64,000 nt of DNA from an uncultured Armatimonadetes bacterium (lineage in GTDB: Bacteria > Armatimonadota > UBA5829 > DTJY01), in NCBI GenBank assembly GCA_963717145.1, contig OY970325.1, positions 5,184,001 to 5,248,000 on the forward strand, read 5' to 3'. Below are positions 1 through 11,200 of the stretch, piece by piece; positions within the stretch are counted from its first letter, which is position 1; each line of letters begins with the position of its first letter. The position numbers and the translations under genes are program-made. Under the pieces are notes generated by a model, which had not been told where the DNA came from, did not search any database, and saw only the letters and a list, made by a program, of their open reading frames with translations.

Positions 1-89
1 CACTGCGCATACTCCTCGGTCGGAAGGTAATCGACCAGAGTACCGTACAAGTCGAATATGACTGCCTTGCAGGTCTGTCTGCTGTTCAC
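1..89 (-). CDS. HAD-family hydrolase, 5' part (runs off window edge)
   Basis: Manual translation from GTG at 89: MNSRQTCKAVIFDLYGTLVDYLPTEEYAQ; FDLYGTLVD resembles HAD motif I. Not in the ORF track. Confidence 0.75.
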   Translation of the reverse strand, partial: MNSRQTCKAVIFDLYGTLVDYLPTEEYAQ

Positions 90-92
90 TGC

Positions 93-792
93 TCACCTGC
101 CATCGAGAAACTCCTTGTAGATCCGATAGTGCTCCGTATCCTTATAGGATACGGGAGCGATCGGCATCCGGTCGAAGCTGTAGATCGTCGCGCCGGGGCA
201 TGAGAGCAGGATCGGCGAATGTGTCGCGATGATGAACTGCGCGTGTCCGTCCGATGCCATATCCGTGAACATATCGAGCAGTTGGAGCTGCGTCTTCGGC
301 GAGAGAGCGGCTTCCGGTTCGTCGAGGAAGTAGAGCCCCTTGATCTGGTAGCGCGCGGTCAGATACGACATGATCGACTGACCGTGCGACTGAGTCACCA
401 GCGACTTCCCGCCGAAATGCTTCAGTTGCCCCGGATCGGCCGCCGCCCAGTCGTCGAGGATCTCGGCGAAATCCTGGAATACCGACGCCGAGAAGAATGA
501 CCCCGGCACGCGTCCATCCGCCCACTCGATCGAGATGTGCTCGTGGAACTTATGCTCGTAGGGATTATGCTGAACGCGCCGCCGCCCTTCATCGCGCCAG
601 ACATGGACTCCGCATTTGTGGACGAGCGCCTCCAGCAGCGTGGACTTCCCCGTGCCGTTCTCGCCGACGAATATCGTGACCGGCGTGTCGAACGTCAGCT
701 TCGTCACCTGCCCGAAGATGGGCAGGTTGAACGGGTAGTGCTCCCTCGTGGGGTACTCATCCGGCTGGCAGGCTGACGCTTCTCAGATGCAT
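93..792 (-). CDS. AAA/ABC-type ATPase, one frameshift near 770
   Basis: Walker A GENGTGKS, QSHGQS signature, LDEPEAALSP, IATHSP. The N-terminus MHLRSVSL from ATG 792 (SD GAGG) needs a 1-nt shift to join PDEYPTREHYPFNLP. Confidence 0.85.
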
Positions 793-813
793 GCTCTTTC
801 CTCAAACCTCTGG

Positions 814-1093
814 GAAACACGAATCGCACGAATGGACGAATAAAGGGAAAAGCAACTCTGTAGCCTCCGGTAGCTTGTATTCGGCTGCGGAGACTCATAC
901 ACTCAAGTTGCCGGTACACGAATGGAGAAGCAGAAACACGAATGACACGAATGGACGAATAGCACTTGCGTGATTGGCCTCCCATTCGTGTTCAGCTACC
1001 TTGACAGCATAAGTTATCGCTCTCCAATCCAAGCTGTCGAAGACAGATAAGCCGGTTTCCCCAATATTCGTCCATTCGCCTGATTCGTGTTTC
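814..1093. repeat. ACGAAT-core short-tandem element: two direct arms and one inverted arm
   Basis: GAAACACGAATcgCACGAATGGACGAATA (814-842), GAAACACGAATgaCACGAATGGACGAATA (933-961), inverted copy TATTCGTCCATTCGcctGATTCGTGTTTC (1065-1093). Confidence 0.85.
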
Positions 1094-1096
1094 CCC

Positions 1097-2426
1097 TCAG
1101 CCGCTGTGCCGGAAGAAGTGCCAGCCGCCGATGTTCTCAGGGTTGCCGGGATCACCTTCGAGGAGATCCTTGTAGTTCTCCGCGGCCTTGCGGAAGGCGT
1201 TCGCGTACTGGTCGATGATCTGCGGCCGGTAGTGCTTGAACCACGGGATGTGGTACGTCCGCGCGCCGACCGCCTCGCTCACGGGGAGGTCGCCCTTGTA
1301 CTGGCGCAGGTCCCTCGATGAATTCGCGATCCGGGTCGGCTTGCCGTGGCCGTAGATGTCGCACTCGGTGAAGACCGGGTGCAGGTGGAGCGCGTTGTTC
1401 ACGCCGGGGCTCGTGTGGCATCCCTCGGCCCTGACCGCCTCGCAGAACCGCGTGACCGACAGCCCGCCGAGTTCCTCGCCTCATAGATCCCATGGCAGGC
1501 ATACCATCCGCCCATCGTGCAGTTCGATCCCTTCGCCGGACGATGTGCCCTCAGACCGGGGACTCCCTCCAGCCGGTCCCAGAAGTAGTTCATCGCCCGG
1601 TCGATCTCCGCCATCCGCTCGTCGTAGTGCTTCAGCTGGACTCGGCCGACTGCGGAGCTCATCTGGTGCATGCGGTACTTGTATCCGCCCAGCGGCAGCC
1701 CGATGTACGGCTGCAACTCCGGCGTCTGAATGGTCTGATTGTTCCGCTCGTAGTGACCCCAGGCGATCCCGCGCTCGTAGATCTCGAGGTCGTCCGTGGC
1801 GAGGATACCCGCCTCGCCGATGGCGAGCGACTTGCCGGTCATCAGGGACATGGCCGCCACGTCGCCGAACGTGCCGACCTTTCTCCCCTTGTAGAGCCCG
1901 CCGTGCGCGTGGGAGACGTCCTCGATCACCTTGATGCCGTGCTTCCTGGCGATCGGCATGATGGGGTCCATGTCGGCGGGGTGGCCGAGGTAGTGGACGA
2001 CGATGATCGCCTTGGTGCGGTCGGTGATCCGATGCTCGATGTCCTGCGGGTCGATGCAGAGGGTCATCGGATCGATCTCGGCGAAGACGACCGTCGCGCC
2101 GAGCGAGAAGACTGGAGCGCCGACGCCCAGTAGGTGACGCTCGGGCAGATGATCTCGTCGCCGACGCCGACTCCGCAGCCGCACATGGCGGCCTGGATCG
2201 CAGCCGTGCCGGTGCTGAATCCGAGGGCGTACTTGCGGCCCTGCCACTCGGCGAACTCCTTCTCGAACTGCAGGGTGACGTCCGTGCCGGACATCGCCCC
2301 TCGGCGGAGGACGTCGAGGACCGCCGCCTCGTCCTCCTCGGTGACGATCGGCCAGGTGAACATGTCGCCCGGATCGCTCGTCACCGCTTTCTCACCGCCC
2401 AAGATCGCCAGCTTCGATTCCGCCAT
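1097..2426 (-). CDS. DegT/DnrJ/EryC1/StrS-family PLP aminotransferase, two frameshifts (~2113, ~1478)
   Basis: Three consecutive frames give one protein: MAESKLAILGG..FEKEFAEW..STGTAAI / IEDVSHAHG, SLMTGKSLAIGEAG, GYKYRM / NNALHLHP..GGWHFFRHSG. Confidence 0.9.
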
Positions 2427-2449
2427 CACGCACACTCCTCTGAGAGCAA

Positions 2450-2480
2450 TATGGGACTCATGGGACTGATAGGACCTATG
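2450..2480. repeat. Short 9-mer tandem repeat (ATGGGACTN-like)
   Basis: tatgggactc atgggactg ataggacct atg, upstream of the aminotransferase. Confidence 0.5.
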
Positions 2481-2574
2481 ATTGACCCAGGGTATGTTCG
2501 CGCCACAGGGACGGCAGTCCTCCGAGTTATCGGCAGAGGGTGTTCAGGAGTCGCTGATGAGGAGAGGGAGGCGA

Positions 2575-3081
2575 TCACATAGCACGGCTGTCGTAGGCCC
2601 AATGGAGCAGCGCCTGTCGCTGTTTCCGCCGGCAGTCTTCATCGCCGGGCAGGCAGTTCCTCCTGATCTGGGCGATGTGTCTCGTCATCGCCTTCCATCG
2701 GCGGATCTGTCGCTCGTCATCCGGGCAGCGCCGGCCCATGTAGTACCGGCAGTACCACTGGAACCAGCCGCGTGGATCTTCATCGTAGATCCAGCCCTTC
2801 ATCCGCCAGTAGGAGAGCGGTTGGGAGGCGTTCACCCCGAAGTAGTTCAGCTCGGGATCGTGGAACTGGTGGCAGAGCTTCGTGTGCTCGAACCAATCCC
2901 TTGGAAACTCCTCCCGGCAGTCGGTCATGTACTTCCCGCCGAAGACACCGAGTTCCAGCGTCTCCCTGGGCGTGAGGTCGGGCTTGAAGTCGGGATGGAA
3001 GTTTGCGCCAACCGGCTCGATGAGAACGTACACATAGCCGTGCTGCATCAGGTCATTAACAACGACGGTCTCGCCCGGCAT
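2575..3081 (-). CDS. Hypothetical protein, Trp/Tyr/Arg-rich, probably a conserved family
   Basis: Clean 168-aa ORF with SD GGAGGG; motifs LTPxExLxLGVFGGKY, DPRGWFQWYCRYYMGRR, RQALLHWAYD. Confidence 0.8.
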   Translation of the reverse strand: MPGETVVVNDLMQHGYVYVLIEPVGANFHPDFKPDLTPRETLELGVFGGKYMTDCREEFPRDWFEHTKLCHQFHDPELNYFGVNASQPLSYWRMKGWIYDEDPRGWFQWYCRYYMGRRCPDDERQIRRWKAMTRHIAQIRRNCLPGDEDCRRKQRQALLHWAYDSRAM

Positions 3082-3128
3082 GCTGAAGCCCTCCGATCAG
3101 TGATTCATACCCAGGAACAGGGGATGAT

Positions 3129-4484
3129 CTACTGGATCGGGAGGACTTCGTCGCGGGAGCAGACGAGGGCGGGTGTGCTGTCGATGATGACCGGTGTGCC
3201 GGTGGCCCGGGCGAACTGCCCGGTCGAGAGGCCGATGTGACCAGGCGCGACCACCTTGATCGAGCCGGACCCGTTGCTGATGAGGAGGCTGTCTCCATCG
3301 AGTACGGTGACCTGACCCATCACGGTGAACCGGAAGCTCGATGAGGCCGCGGGGATCAACGGCTCTGCGAGCGAGCGGCAGGTGGCATGAAGCGTGCGCA
3401 TATCGAGCGGAGTCGCATCGAGCGTGATCTCCGTGAGCACCGGGTTGCCGTTCCATCCGCGACCCGGTCCGTCGTACGGCAAGGTCGGGTCCTTCATCAG
3501 CTCGAGACGGACGCCGGTGATCCCGGTGATGCCGGTCCGAGCGGAGATCGTGTAGACGTCCGTATCGGGAAGAGTCCCACTTGCCAGGATCGAGCCGTCC
3601 GAGAGCACCGTCAAGGTCTGACCGTTGGCGGAGAGACACTCCGACGGCCTGACGACGGTCCATATTCCATCCGGGCCGACGCTTCCGCCGGTCGCCAATC
3701 CGTCTGCGAAACGCGATCGGTCGGCGGTCGTTATCGAGAGCCGGAATCGGCCGAGGACGTGGCCGGATCCATAGTTGGAGTAAAGCCTGAACTTCAGTTC
3801 CGTTCCGGTGCTTCCGCCGACGTTAGAGGCGGTTTCGAAGACGGCGGTCTCGGCCTCGCAGAACGTGGCCTCGTTCCTCGCGAGCGCCCAGCCGTTCCCG
3901 CCGGTGCTCACGCCATCGGTGGAGTAGTGGACGCTGAGATCGGCGTTAAGGGACTGAGAAAAGGTGGCGGTCGGATTGATCAGCGGGACGGATGCCGTGC
4001 CTGTCGACACCGGGTAGACTTCGAGTTCGTTCAAGCCGGTCCAATGGCTCCCGCCGACGCCTTCGAACTTCACGTAGCGGGCGGACCTGCCTGACGCATA
4101 GATGGTATGATTGAAGTCGATGCTGTCAATCAGGACACCGCGCCGGAGGTTCGTCCAGTTCACGTCATCCTTGCTGATCAGGACGTTATACTCGACCGTG
4201 TAGCCGACATAAGAGGATTGCGGGCCGTACAACAGGATCCTGTCGAGGTTGTAGAGTGCGCCAAGGTCGACTCTCATCCACAGCGGGTTGCTCGGAGATG
4301 CGTGACCCGCGGACGACCACTGCATACCCAGATCTCCGTCGACGGCATGCTCGGGCCCATACACGCTGTAGACGCTGTTGCTCGAAGTCGCCTTGCCGAG
4401 CGCGATGTTCTCCGCCATGGCAGCGGAACTCAGGATCATCAGACAGATGCAGGCGATGAGGACACTGGTCAGTGATAGTCTCAT
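3129..4484 (-). CDS. Secreted discoidin (F5/8 type C) domain protein
   Basis: Signal peptide MRLSLTSVLIACICLMILSSAAMA; NIALGKATSS..AVDGD..WMRVDLG..ARYVKF..LNELEVY; further beta-rich domains follow. Confidence 0.85.
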   Translation of the reverse strand: MRLSLTSVLIACICLMILSSAAMAENIALGKATSSNSVYSVYGPEHAVDGDLGMQWSSAGHASPSNPLWMRVDLGALYNLDRILLYGPQSSYVGYTVEYNVLISKDDVNWTNLRRGVLIDSIDFNHTIYASGRSARYVKFEGVGGSHWTGLNELEVYPVSTGTASVPLINPTATFSQSLNADLSVHYSTDGVSTGGNGWALARNEATFCEAETAVFETASNVGGSTGTELKFRLYSNYGSGHVLGRFRLSITTADRSRFADGLATGGSVGPDGIWTVVRPSECLSANGQTLTVLSDGSILASGTLPDTDVYTISARTGITGITGVRLELMKDPTLPYDGPGRGWNGNPVLTEITLDATPLDMRTLHATCRSLAEPLIPAASSSFRFTVMGQVTVLDGDSLLISNGSGSIKVVAPGHIGLSTGQFARATGTPVIIDSTPALVCSRDEVLPIQ

Positions 4485-4627
4485 TTGTTCTCTCCCCGTG
4501 ACACAGATGGGCTTGTAACAGTGTATCACGGAATCGGCGATTGGTTAACTGGTAGCAATACCGGAAAACGGGGAGAATTCGAGGGAGCAAAGGAGCTGAG
4601 TGCTGGATGGTTTCGGCCCACCAAGAA

Positions 4628-4705
4628 GGGGCGGGAGTCCAACTCCCGCCCCAACACCCAACACCCAACACCCAATACCCAACACCCAACACCGAACACC
4701 CAATA
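4628..4705. repeat. GGAGT-N3-ACTCC hairpin followed by 8 x CCCAACA heptamer array
   Basis: ggggcgggagt-cca-actcccgcccc (4628-4652), then eight CCCAACA/CCCAATA/CCGAACA units (4650-4705). Confidence 0.9.
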
Positions 4706-4718
4706 CCTGGCATCCGGC

Positions 4719-7700
4719 CTACTGAACCACCGCTTCATACCCCACCTTGAGCGTGACCGGGCCGAGGAGGCCGGAGGGAAGCAGCGGATCGTCCTTCTTC
4801 CACATCCGCCAACTCGTGAAGGTGAGGCGTCCGGTCGGACTCGGCTTGCCCTCACTGAGCCATGCCGGCCACGACTTGAGCGTGCCGTTCGGATTCCGGT
4901 CGCTGTCCTCGGGAAGCTGCTCGTCGCCGATCATGCGGTTGATGGGCAGGTTTGTCACCTTAACATAGATCTCGTTCGGTCCGGACTCGAGCGCGTCCGT
5001 CACTTCGAGGCTGAACGGTGGCTTCCAGAGCACGCCGAGACTCTTGCCGTTGAGCTTCACCTCTGCGATGACCTTCACGTCCCCGAGGTCGAGGTGGACG
5101 ATATGGCCATCCAGGAACATGAAGCTCGGCGCGTCGAAGGTCGTCCGGTAGGTCGCCGTGCCCGAGAAGAGCTTCACGCTCGGATCAGCGTGCTCGCTCC
5201 ACGAGATCAGTCGATCGAGGCTGATGCTCGGCGGTGCGCCGTGGCCCTCGGGGAAGCGGACCTCCCACGGGCCGCCGATCTCGGTGCGCTTCGGGAGAGC
5301 GGGAACGCGTACCTCCGCCTTCTTGCCATCCGAGCCGGTGACCGTGAACGTCCCGCGCTCCCAGGCGGTCATCGTCAGACGTCCGCCGTCGTTCCGCAAC
5401 TCGCACGCGGGCGATGACTTCGGGCCGGCGCTGAGACTGATGGTCTCGGGGTCAGTCCCCCTGGCGGTGAAATCCTTCCCTTCGGAAGTGTAGTCGATGA
5501 TGAGCGTCTTGACGATCCCGAACGCCGGGTCGTCGCCGGCTGCCATGTCGGACACCCGGAAGCTGTACTCGCCCGCCTCGATCTTGGCCTGGACCCTCCC
5601 CATCACATCACGAGTGCGAGCCGGATCGTCGAGGATGCCGTAGACTGCCTTGCGGACGGTGATCTTCCGGGGCGACTCCGGCATCGACGAGAGCACCTGC
5701 CTGCCGTTCAGTGTTACTGATGTGATCGGGTTCGATGCGGCCTCCTTGCGGAATACAACGAACACCGATCCGCTCGGGCCGAGAGGGAGGAGGACGTTGG
5801 TCGCGCCGCTCTTCTCCTGATAGACCGCCGCCCGCTCGATCCGACCTGAGTCCGGCCACCACAGCTCGGGGACCTTCCCGTTGACTCGGAATGAGCAGAC
5901 GGCCGAGGTCGCGAACGCCTGCTGGTTCGAGACGAAGTAGATGTCAGTGGCGCCAACTACACGGTGGATGTAGCGCAACTGCTCCGTGCTGCGGAAGTCC
6001 TGCTGGACGCCGGAATCCGCAAGGACCTTCTCCGCCGGAATCCCCCAGATGACGCGGCCCTTGCCGACACGACGCTGCCCGATCACGGAATCGCCCCACA
6101 ACTCGGCGGCGATCTGTTTCACTTCCTCATCGCACGTCGGGTAGTTGTTCAGGCTCGGCGACCGCTCGGGCGGCGGGCCGACGATGGTCGCACCGGCTTC
6201 CACCAGTTGCTTGATCTTGCGAAGTAGTCGGGGAGTCATCACCTTCGAATCGGAGAGCGCCAGAACCCGGTAGCTCATCCCGTCCGGCAGAACGATCCGC
6301 CCGTTCTTGACCGACATCCGATCGAGCACTACCTCCGCGCTCGCTTCGTCCCATTCATATCCCTTGCGATCGAGGCCGCGGAATGACTGGGGGGGAGCTT
6401 CGTTCTGCAGGTAGCAGATGTCCGCGACGAAGAGCCCCTGCCGCAGCATGTACTGGCAGCGGGAGAGATACTCGTGCCAGGCGGGCGTCTGCTCCCACCA
6501 CGTGTTCGTGCGCTCGTAGTGGAGTCCCCACGGGCCCATCGTCATGCCGGGGACTCGCTCCGGCGTGACCCATGGCTGCATCGCATAGCGGTGGAAGACA
6601 AATCTGTTGATCCCCTCGCAGAACGCGCGGTCGCCGAGCGCCTTGACCGAGCCGGGATCCTCCGTCCATCGCTCCCGGCTGTCCGCCGTGAATGCCTCCG
6701 CGCCGATGATCGGCTTCCCAAAGACGTGCCCGGCGCTTGCCATTCCCTTGCACGTTTCCATCGCGCCGCCGCCCCACCAGAACTCGCCCATCGGTTCGTC
6801 GGCCTTCCCCGCGTAAGGGATGTTGTCACACGGACTCCCGTATGCCTCGCAGGTGAACCGCATTCCGACCTCGCGCGCCAAGTCCCTCATGTGGCCCGCG
6901 TAGTTCTCGACCACAAGCTCGGAGATCGTCCGCCTGAGGTCCCACAGGAAGCGCTCCGAGACCTCGAGGCTGCCGACCACGCGGCCGGTCATTACCGGCA
7001 GGTAGGGCATCATATCGTAACCCCGCCGCTTCCGGAACTCTTCGCGCATGAGTGCCGTCCAGTTCTGCGAGCCGATCTCCCAGCTATCGATGTGTGTGGC
7101 CATAAGTCCACGATCTTGAGGTGTGACTGGACTTCCTACACGGAGATCATCCCTATCCGCTGCCAACTTCGACATCATGCCGTCGAAGTTCGCCTCGATG
7201 CCCTCTTTGCTCAACTTGTCGCATTCGAGGCCACGCCCGCTATCGTGCGCCGGACCGTTCTGCGCGCCGGTGCTCGTGTGACCGAACCTGATGACCGTCC
7301 ACTTGCCCGCCGGAACGTCCCACACCAGACGCCCGGTCGAATCCATCTTCGGCGTGAGATCGACGATCTTGTCCTGCCCGATGATCGCGTCCGGCGACAA
7401 CTTGTCCGCCGCCGGACCTCCGCTCCCCGGGCTGTTCGGACCGCCCCAGTAACCCGCCTTCGACTCGATGCCTGGTATGCGATATGAGCCCGGGGTGGGG
7501 AATGCCTGCACGGAGATGTCCTTGTAGTATCCTGCGACCGCCTTGGGCTGAGGGAGGATGCCGTCGAACTGCTTAGCCCCAGCAACCTCGGTCTCGGTCC
7601 AGACGACCTTCTGCATCGACTGCTCGGGCTTGATCCACGGACCGCCGCTCCCGTTCCAGCCCGCGTCGTTGTTCATATTGACCTCGAGGCCCAGGCGCTC

Positions 7701-8009
7701 TGCCTCAGAGACGACGTGCTTGAAGAGGTCCCGCCACTGGTCACTCATGAAGGGAACAGGCCCGAGCGGCGCGCCCTGATCGACCTCCATGATGAGGACG
7801 CCGCCGATCCCGACGCGCGCCATCGCCTCCAGGTCGGCGGTGATGCCTTCCCTGGTGATGTTGCCGTTCAGCCAGAACCAGTAGACCCACGGCCGCGCCT
7901 CGGGTGGGGGAGTCTTGAAGTCCGCCTCCATGCTCCCGGCGGCGGGGAGTACGATGCTGCAGAGGATCAGCGCGATTATCAGGAACAAGCCAGGTCGAAG
8001 GTATCTCAT
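4719..8009 (-). CDS. Glycoside hydrolase family 106 (alpha-L-rhamnosidase-like), secreted
   Basis: FKTPPPEARPWVYWFWLNGNITREGITADLEAM, GWNGSGGPWI, HIDSWE, PMGEFW, AEAFT, SGLLGPV; signal peptide from ATG 8009. Confidence 0.92.
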   Translation of the reverse strand: MRYLRPGLFLIIALILCSIVLPAAGSMEADFKTPPPEARPWVYWFWLNGNITREGITADLEAMARVGIGGVLIMEVDQGAPLGPVPFMSDQWRDLFKHVVSEAERLGLEVNMNNDAGWNGSGGPWIKPEQSMQKVVWTETEVAGAKQFDGILPQPKAVAGYYKDISVQAFPTPGSYRIPGIESKAGYWGGPNSPGSGGPAADKLSPDAIIGQDKIVDLTPKMDSTGRLVWDVPAGKWTVIRFGHTSTGAQNGPAHDSGRGLECDKLSKEGIEANFDGMMSKLAADRDDLRVGSPVTPQDRGLMATHIDSWEIGSQNWTALMREEFRKRRGYDMMPYLPVMTGRVVGSLEVSERFLWDLRRTISELVVENYAGHMRDLAREVGMRFTCEAYGSPCDNIPYAGKADEPMGEFWWGGGAMETCKGMASAGHVFGKPIIGAEAFTADSRERWTEDPGSVKALGDRAFCEGINRFVFHRYAMQPWVTPERVPGMTMGPWGLHYERTNTWWEQTPAWHEYLSRCQYMLRQGLFVADICYLQNEAPPQSFRGLDRKGYEWDEASAEVVLDRMSVKNGRIVLPDGMSYRVLALSDSKVMTPRLLRKIKQLVEAGATIVGPPPERSPSLNNYPTCDEEVKQIAAELWGDSVIGQRRVGKGRVIWGIPAEKVLADSGVQQDFRSTEQLRYIHRVVGATDIYFVSNQQAFATSAVCSFRVNGKVPELWWPDSGRIERAAVYQEKSGATNVLLPLGPSGSVFVVFRKEAASNPITSVTLNGRQVLSSMPESPRKITVRKAVYGILDDPARTRDVMGRVQAKIEAGEYSFRVSDMAAGDDPAFGIVKTLIIDYTSEGKDFTARGTDPETISLSAGPKSSPACELRNDGGRLTMTAWERGTFTVTGSDGKKAEVRVPALPKRTEIGGPWEVRFPEGHGAPPSISLDRLISWSEHADPSVKLFSGTATYRTTFDAPSFMFLDGHIVHLDLGDVKVIAEVKLNGKSLGVLWKPPFSLEVTDALESGPNEIYVKVTNLPINRMIGDEQLPEDSDRNPNGTLKSWPAWLSEGKPSPTGRLTFTSWRMWKKDDPLLPSGLLGPVTLKVGYEAVVQ

Positions 8010-8173
8010 CTCAGGGCCTCCATCGATCAGTCGGTAGGTTCGACTGCGATTGTACAACGAGTGGCCGGTGGGAGGCAAGGATACTGGAGTTTCTGCTCGA
8101 TTGTCGAGGGGTGAGCGCCCGACTATCTTCTTCCACGACCCCGGCTACCCGATGTCAAGACGGAGATCTGCTG

Positions 8174-8205
8174 AAAAGGGCAGGGAGACGTTTCTCCCTG
8201 CCCTT
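8174..8205 (-). terminator. Intrinsic terminator after the GHL10 gene
   Basis: 13-bp stem aagggcagggaga/tctccctgccctt ending in TTTT on the minus strand, 35 nt after the stop. Confidence 0.7.
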
Positions 8206-8240
8206 GGTGTTACTATGATGCGCCGCATTTCGGCGGTCAA

Positions 8241-11200
8241 CTAGTTGACCTGTTGGAACCTCACGGCATCGGCGATCACGACCTTGGTGGTCGAGCCGGT
8301 GCCGTTCCCCAGCCTGATGAAGCCGGCGGTACCCACGGCCATGCTCCTGTTGGTGAGCAGGCTCCTCCACATGCCGCCGTTGATCGACTGGTTGGCGTTC
8401 ACCGTCTGCGAGCCGCCGTTCCACTGGCAGAAATACGGCGCGTTCGTCGCCCTGTTCGAGCCCGCAGACCACCAGGCGTAGAGGTCATATCCTCCCGCAT
8501 TTGCGATGGTCGGCGTGAACTTGGCGGTCCTACCGGTTGTCACAGCCGTGGTGGCGAATCGGTAGTCGGCGCCATACTTCTCCGTCGCCGTCGTGCCGGT
8601 ACTCCAAGTGCCGACGTAGACTGCAGCCGGGTTGTCGATGATGATCTCAGCCATGCTTCCTGGTGGTGTGGTCGCTATTGCAGGCGCACTGTGCGCAGAC
8701 TCGTTGCTGCGAGCATCGTAGGCCGACACTTCGTATGTATACGTTGTGTTCGGCAAGCAGGTTATATCGCTGTAGGTCGCATCCCCGGAAGTCCCTATCT
8801 GGCTGGAGTTCCGGAAGACCTTGTAGCCCGTCACGCCTGCGTTATCCGTTGAGGCGGTCCAAGTCAGGTCGATCCGGGTCGAAGAGATGGGAGTCGCCGA
8901 TAGATTGGTCGGAACGGTCGGGGCCTGCCCGTCCCAGGTGGTCGTGCCGGCCGGAGTGCTCTGGGCCGACTCATTGCTCATGGCGTCATAGGCCGTGACC
9001 TTGTAGGTGTAGGTCGTATACTGCGTCAGTCCCGGGTCCGAGAACGAGGTTGTCGGGCTAGTGCCGACTTCGACATCGTTCCGGAAGATCCGGTAGCCGG
9101 TGACTGCGACGTTGTCGGTCGAGGCTGTCCACGTCAGGTTGATCTGGCTGCTCGACACGGCGGTTGCCGCCAGGTTCGTCGGCACGGTGGGAGGCTCGGT
9201 GTCCGGCCCGCCGCCGACCTGGAAGAATCTCGCGGCGTCTGCCATAACCACCAGGCTTGTCTGACCTGTGGCATTCCCGAGCTTCAGGTAGCCTGCGGTG
9301 CCCGTCACGAACGGCTTATTGCTGACCAGTACGTGCCAGGTTCCACCGCCGGACTGCTGGTTCATGTTGACCTGCTGACTTCCACCGTTCCAATACACGA
9401 TGTACGGAGCGGCAGTCGCGCGGTTCGCGCCCTGAGGATACCAGCAGGACACGTCGTAGTTGCCTGCAAGCGCGATATTGGGCCTCCACTGCGCAGTGCC
9501 GGTCTCGCCGGTCTGACCCGTGATGAAGCGGTAGTCAGCGCCGTACTTATCGCCCGACGACGTACCGGTGCTCCAGCTTCCGGTGAAGGTTGCCTGCGGG
9601 TTGTCAATGATCAAGTCCGCGCCGCCCCCCGCGGGAGTCGTCACAACGTCTGCAGCGCTCTGAGCGGAGTTGTTCCCCGCAGCATCATATGCGCTCACCG
9701 TGTAGCTGTACGTCGTGTTCGGTGAGCAGGTCGGATCAGAGTAGCTCGTCGTTGCGCTTGTGTCTATCTGGACGCTGTCTCGGAAGATCTTGTACCCGGT
9801 CACTCCGACGTTGTCGGTCGAGGCAGTCCATGTCAGGTCCACCTGTGTCGCCGACACAGCGGTGGCCGACAGGTTGGTCGGAACGCTCGGAGGAGTCGTG
9901 TCAGGTGTCCCGCCGAGCGCGATGTCTCGGACGTACATGTTGCCGGTCACTTCTCCGATCATCAGGTAGACCGTCCTCACGCTATTCGGATATCCGGTCT
10001 TACTTACCGTAACCGTGTAGGTCCCTGAAGTGAGATCGATGAAAGCATAAAACCCGGTGCCGTCCGTAAGCATCGAGCGGTTCTCCGGACCGGTGAGGGA
10101 CACTGTTGCGCCGTCGATCCACTTTGTGGTCGCCGCGTCGGTGACCGTGCCGCTGATATGTCCCTCTGTTGGATTCGTCTTCCAGGGCATATCCGGGATG
10201 TCGTCCCAGGTCGGCGTCACCTGTGCGACCAGCGTCGGGCTAAATCCGGCCCAAGTTCCACTCTCGTAGGGGACGCGGTACGAGTAACCGGAGAATCCCG
10301 TCGCATAGTGTCCGGCAGGCGAGGCTGTGCGCGTCTGCTGGATTTCGAGAATCGCGTTCGACAGGGAATTGAGGTAGATTCCCGGGCCGATGATCGCCTG
10401 CCGATTGAACTGACGGTCCTTGATGAAGTTGATCCATCTCGTCCAGTCGGAGGGCGATGACGCGTAGTCGTAGTAGGTCATCGGAATCGAGAGATCCACG
10501 ATGCCTTCCTGCATCATGGCGTCCCAGTCGCAAAACACGCCGTCGGTGCGGTTTCCGTATGGACGGGTGGCCTGGAACGCGGCCCTCGTGGATGCAGTCG
10601 GCGACGGGTTCCAAGTGACGAACGAACCGGACACCTTCACACTCGGTTTCGAGGCCTGTACTTTCGCATAAACTTTGCGGACGAGATTGCTGACCTGGTC
10701 TCGTCTCCACTGATCGAACTGGTCGTTTGTAGAGGAAGGCTGCCCGCTCAGACCGTAGCGCGCGTTGTACCGGGCGATGCTGGTGGGATTGTAGCCCTCG
10801 TTGCCTCCTGTGAAACGGATGTAGTCGAAGTGGATGCCGTCCAGGTCGAAGTTGTTCACCAGGTCCATGGCGACGTTGACGGTGTAATCTTCGGCGAGAG
10901 GATGGCCGGGATCGAACGCCTTGTCCGCCGTCTCCGCGCCGGCTGAGGTGCGCGACGGCCAGTAGTTGTCGAGATTGATGAGGCTGCCGGTCGGTGTGTC
11001 GCTGTGAGCGGCGTATACAGCACCGCCGGATGTGCGGAACGTGACCATCCATGCATGGACCTCGATCCGCTTCTTGCCCCCGGTGGTATCGTGGGCCGCG
11101 TCTATGACGGCTTGCACTGAGTTGAACTGCGCGGGGCTCAAGCCACTCATATACGGCTCACCCATCGAGGATGGGTAGTTCGCGTCGCAGTTCCGACGCA

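Noticed and set aside
814-1093. Possible CRISPR array from 29-bp repeats
   Set aside because: Only two direct copies and one inverted; spacers of about 90-100 nt; internal tandem structure; no cas genes.
8241-9900. Repeated DNA segments within the GHL10 gene
   Set aside because: Explained by tandem FN3 and golvesin-like domains.
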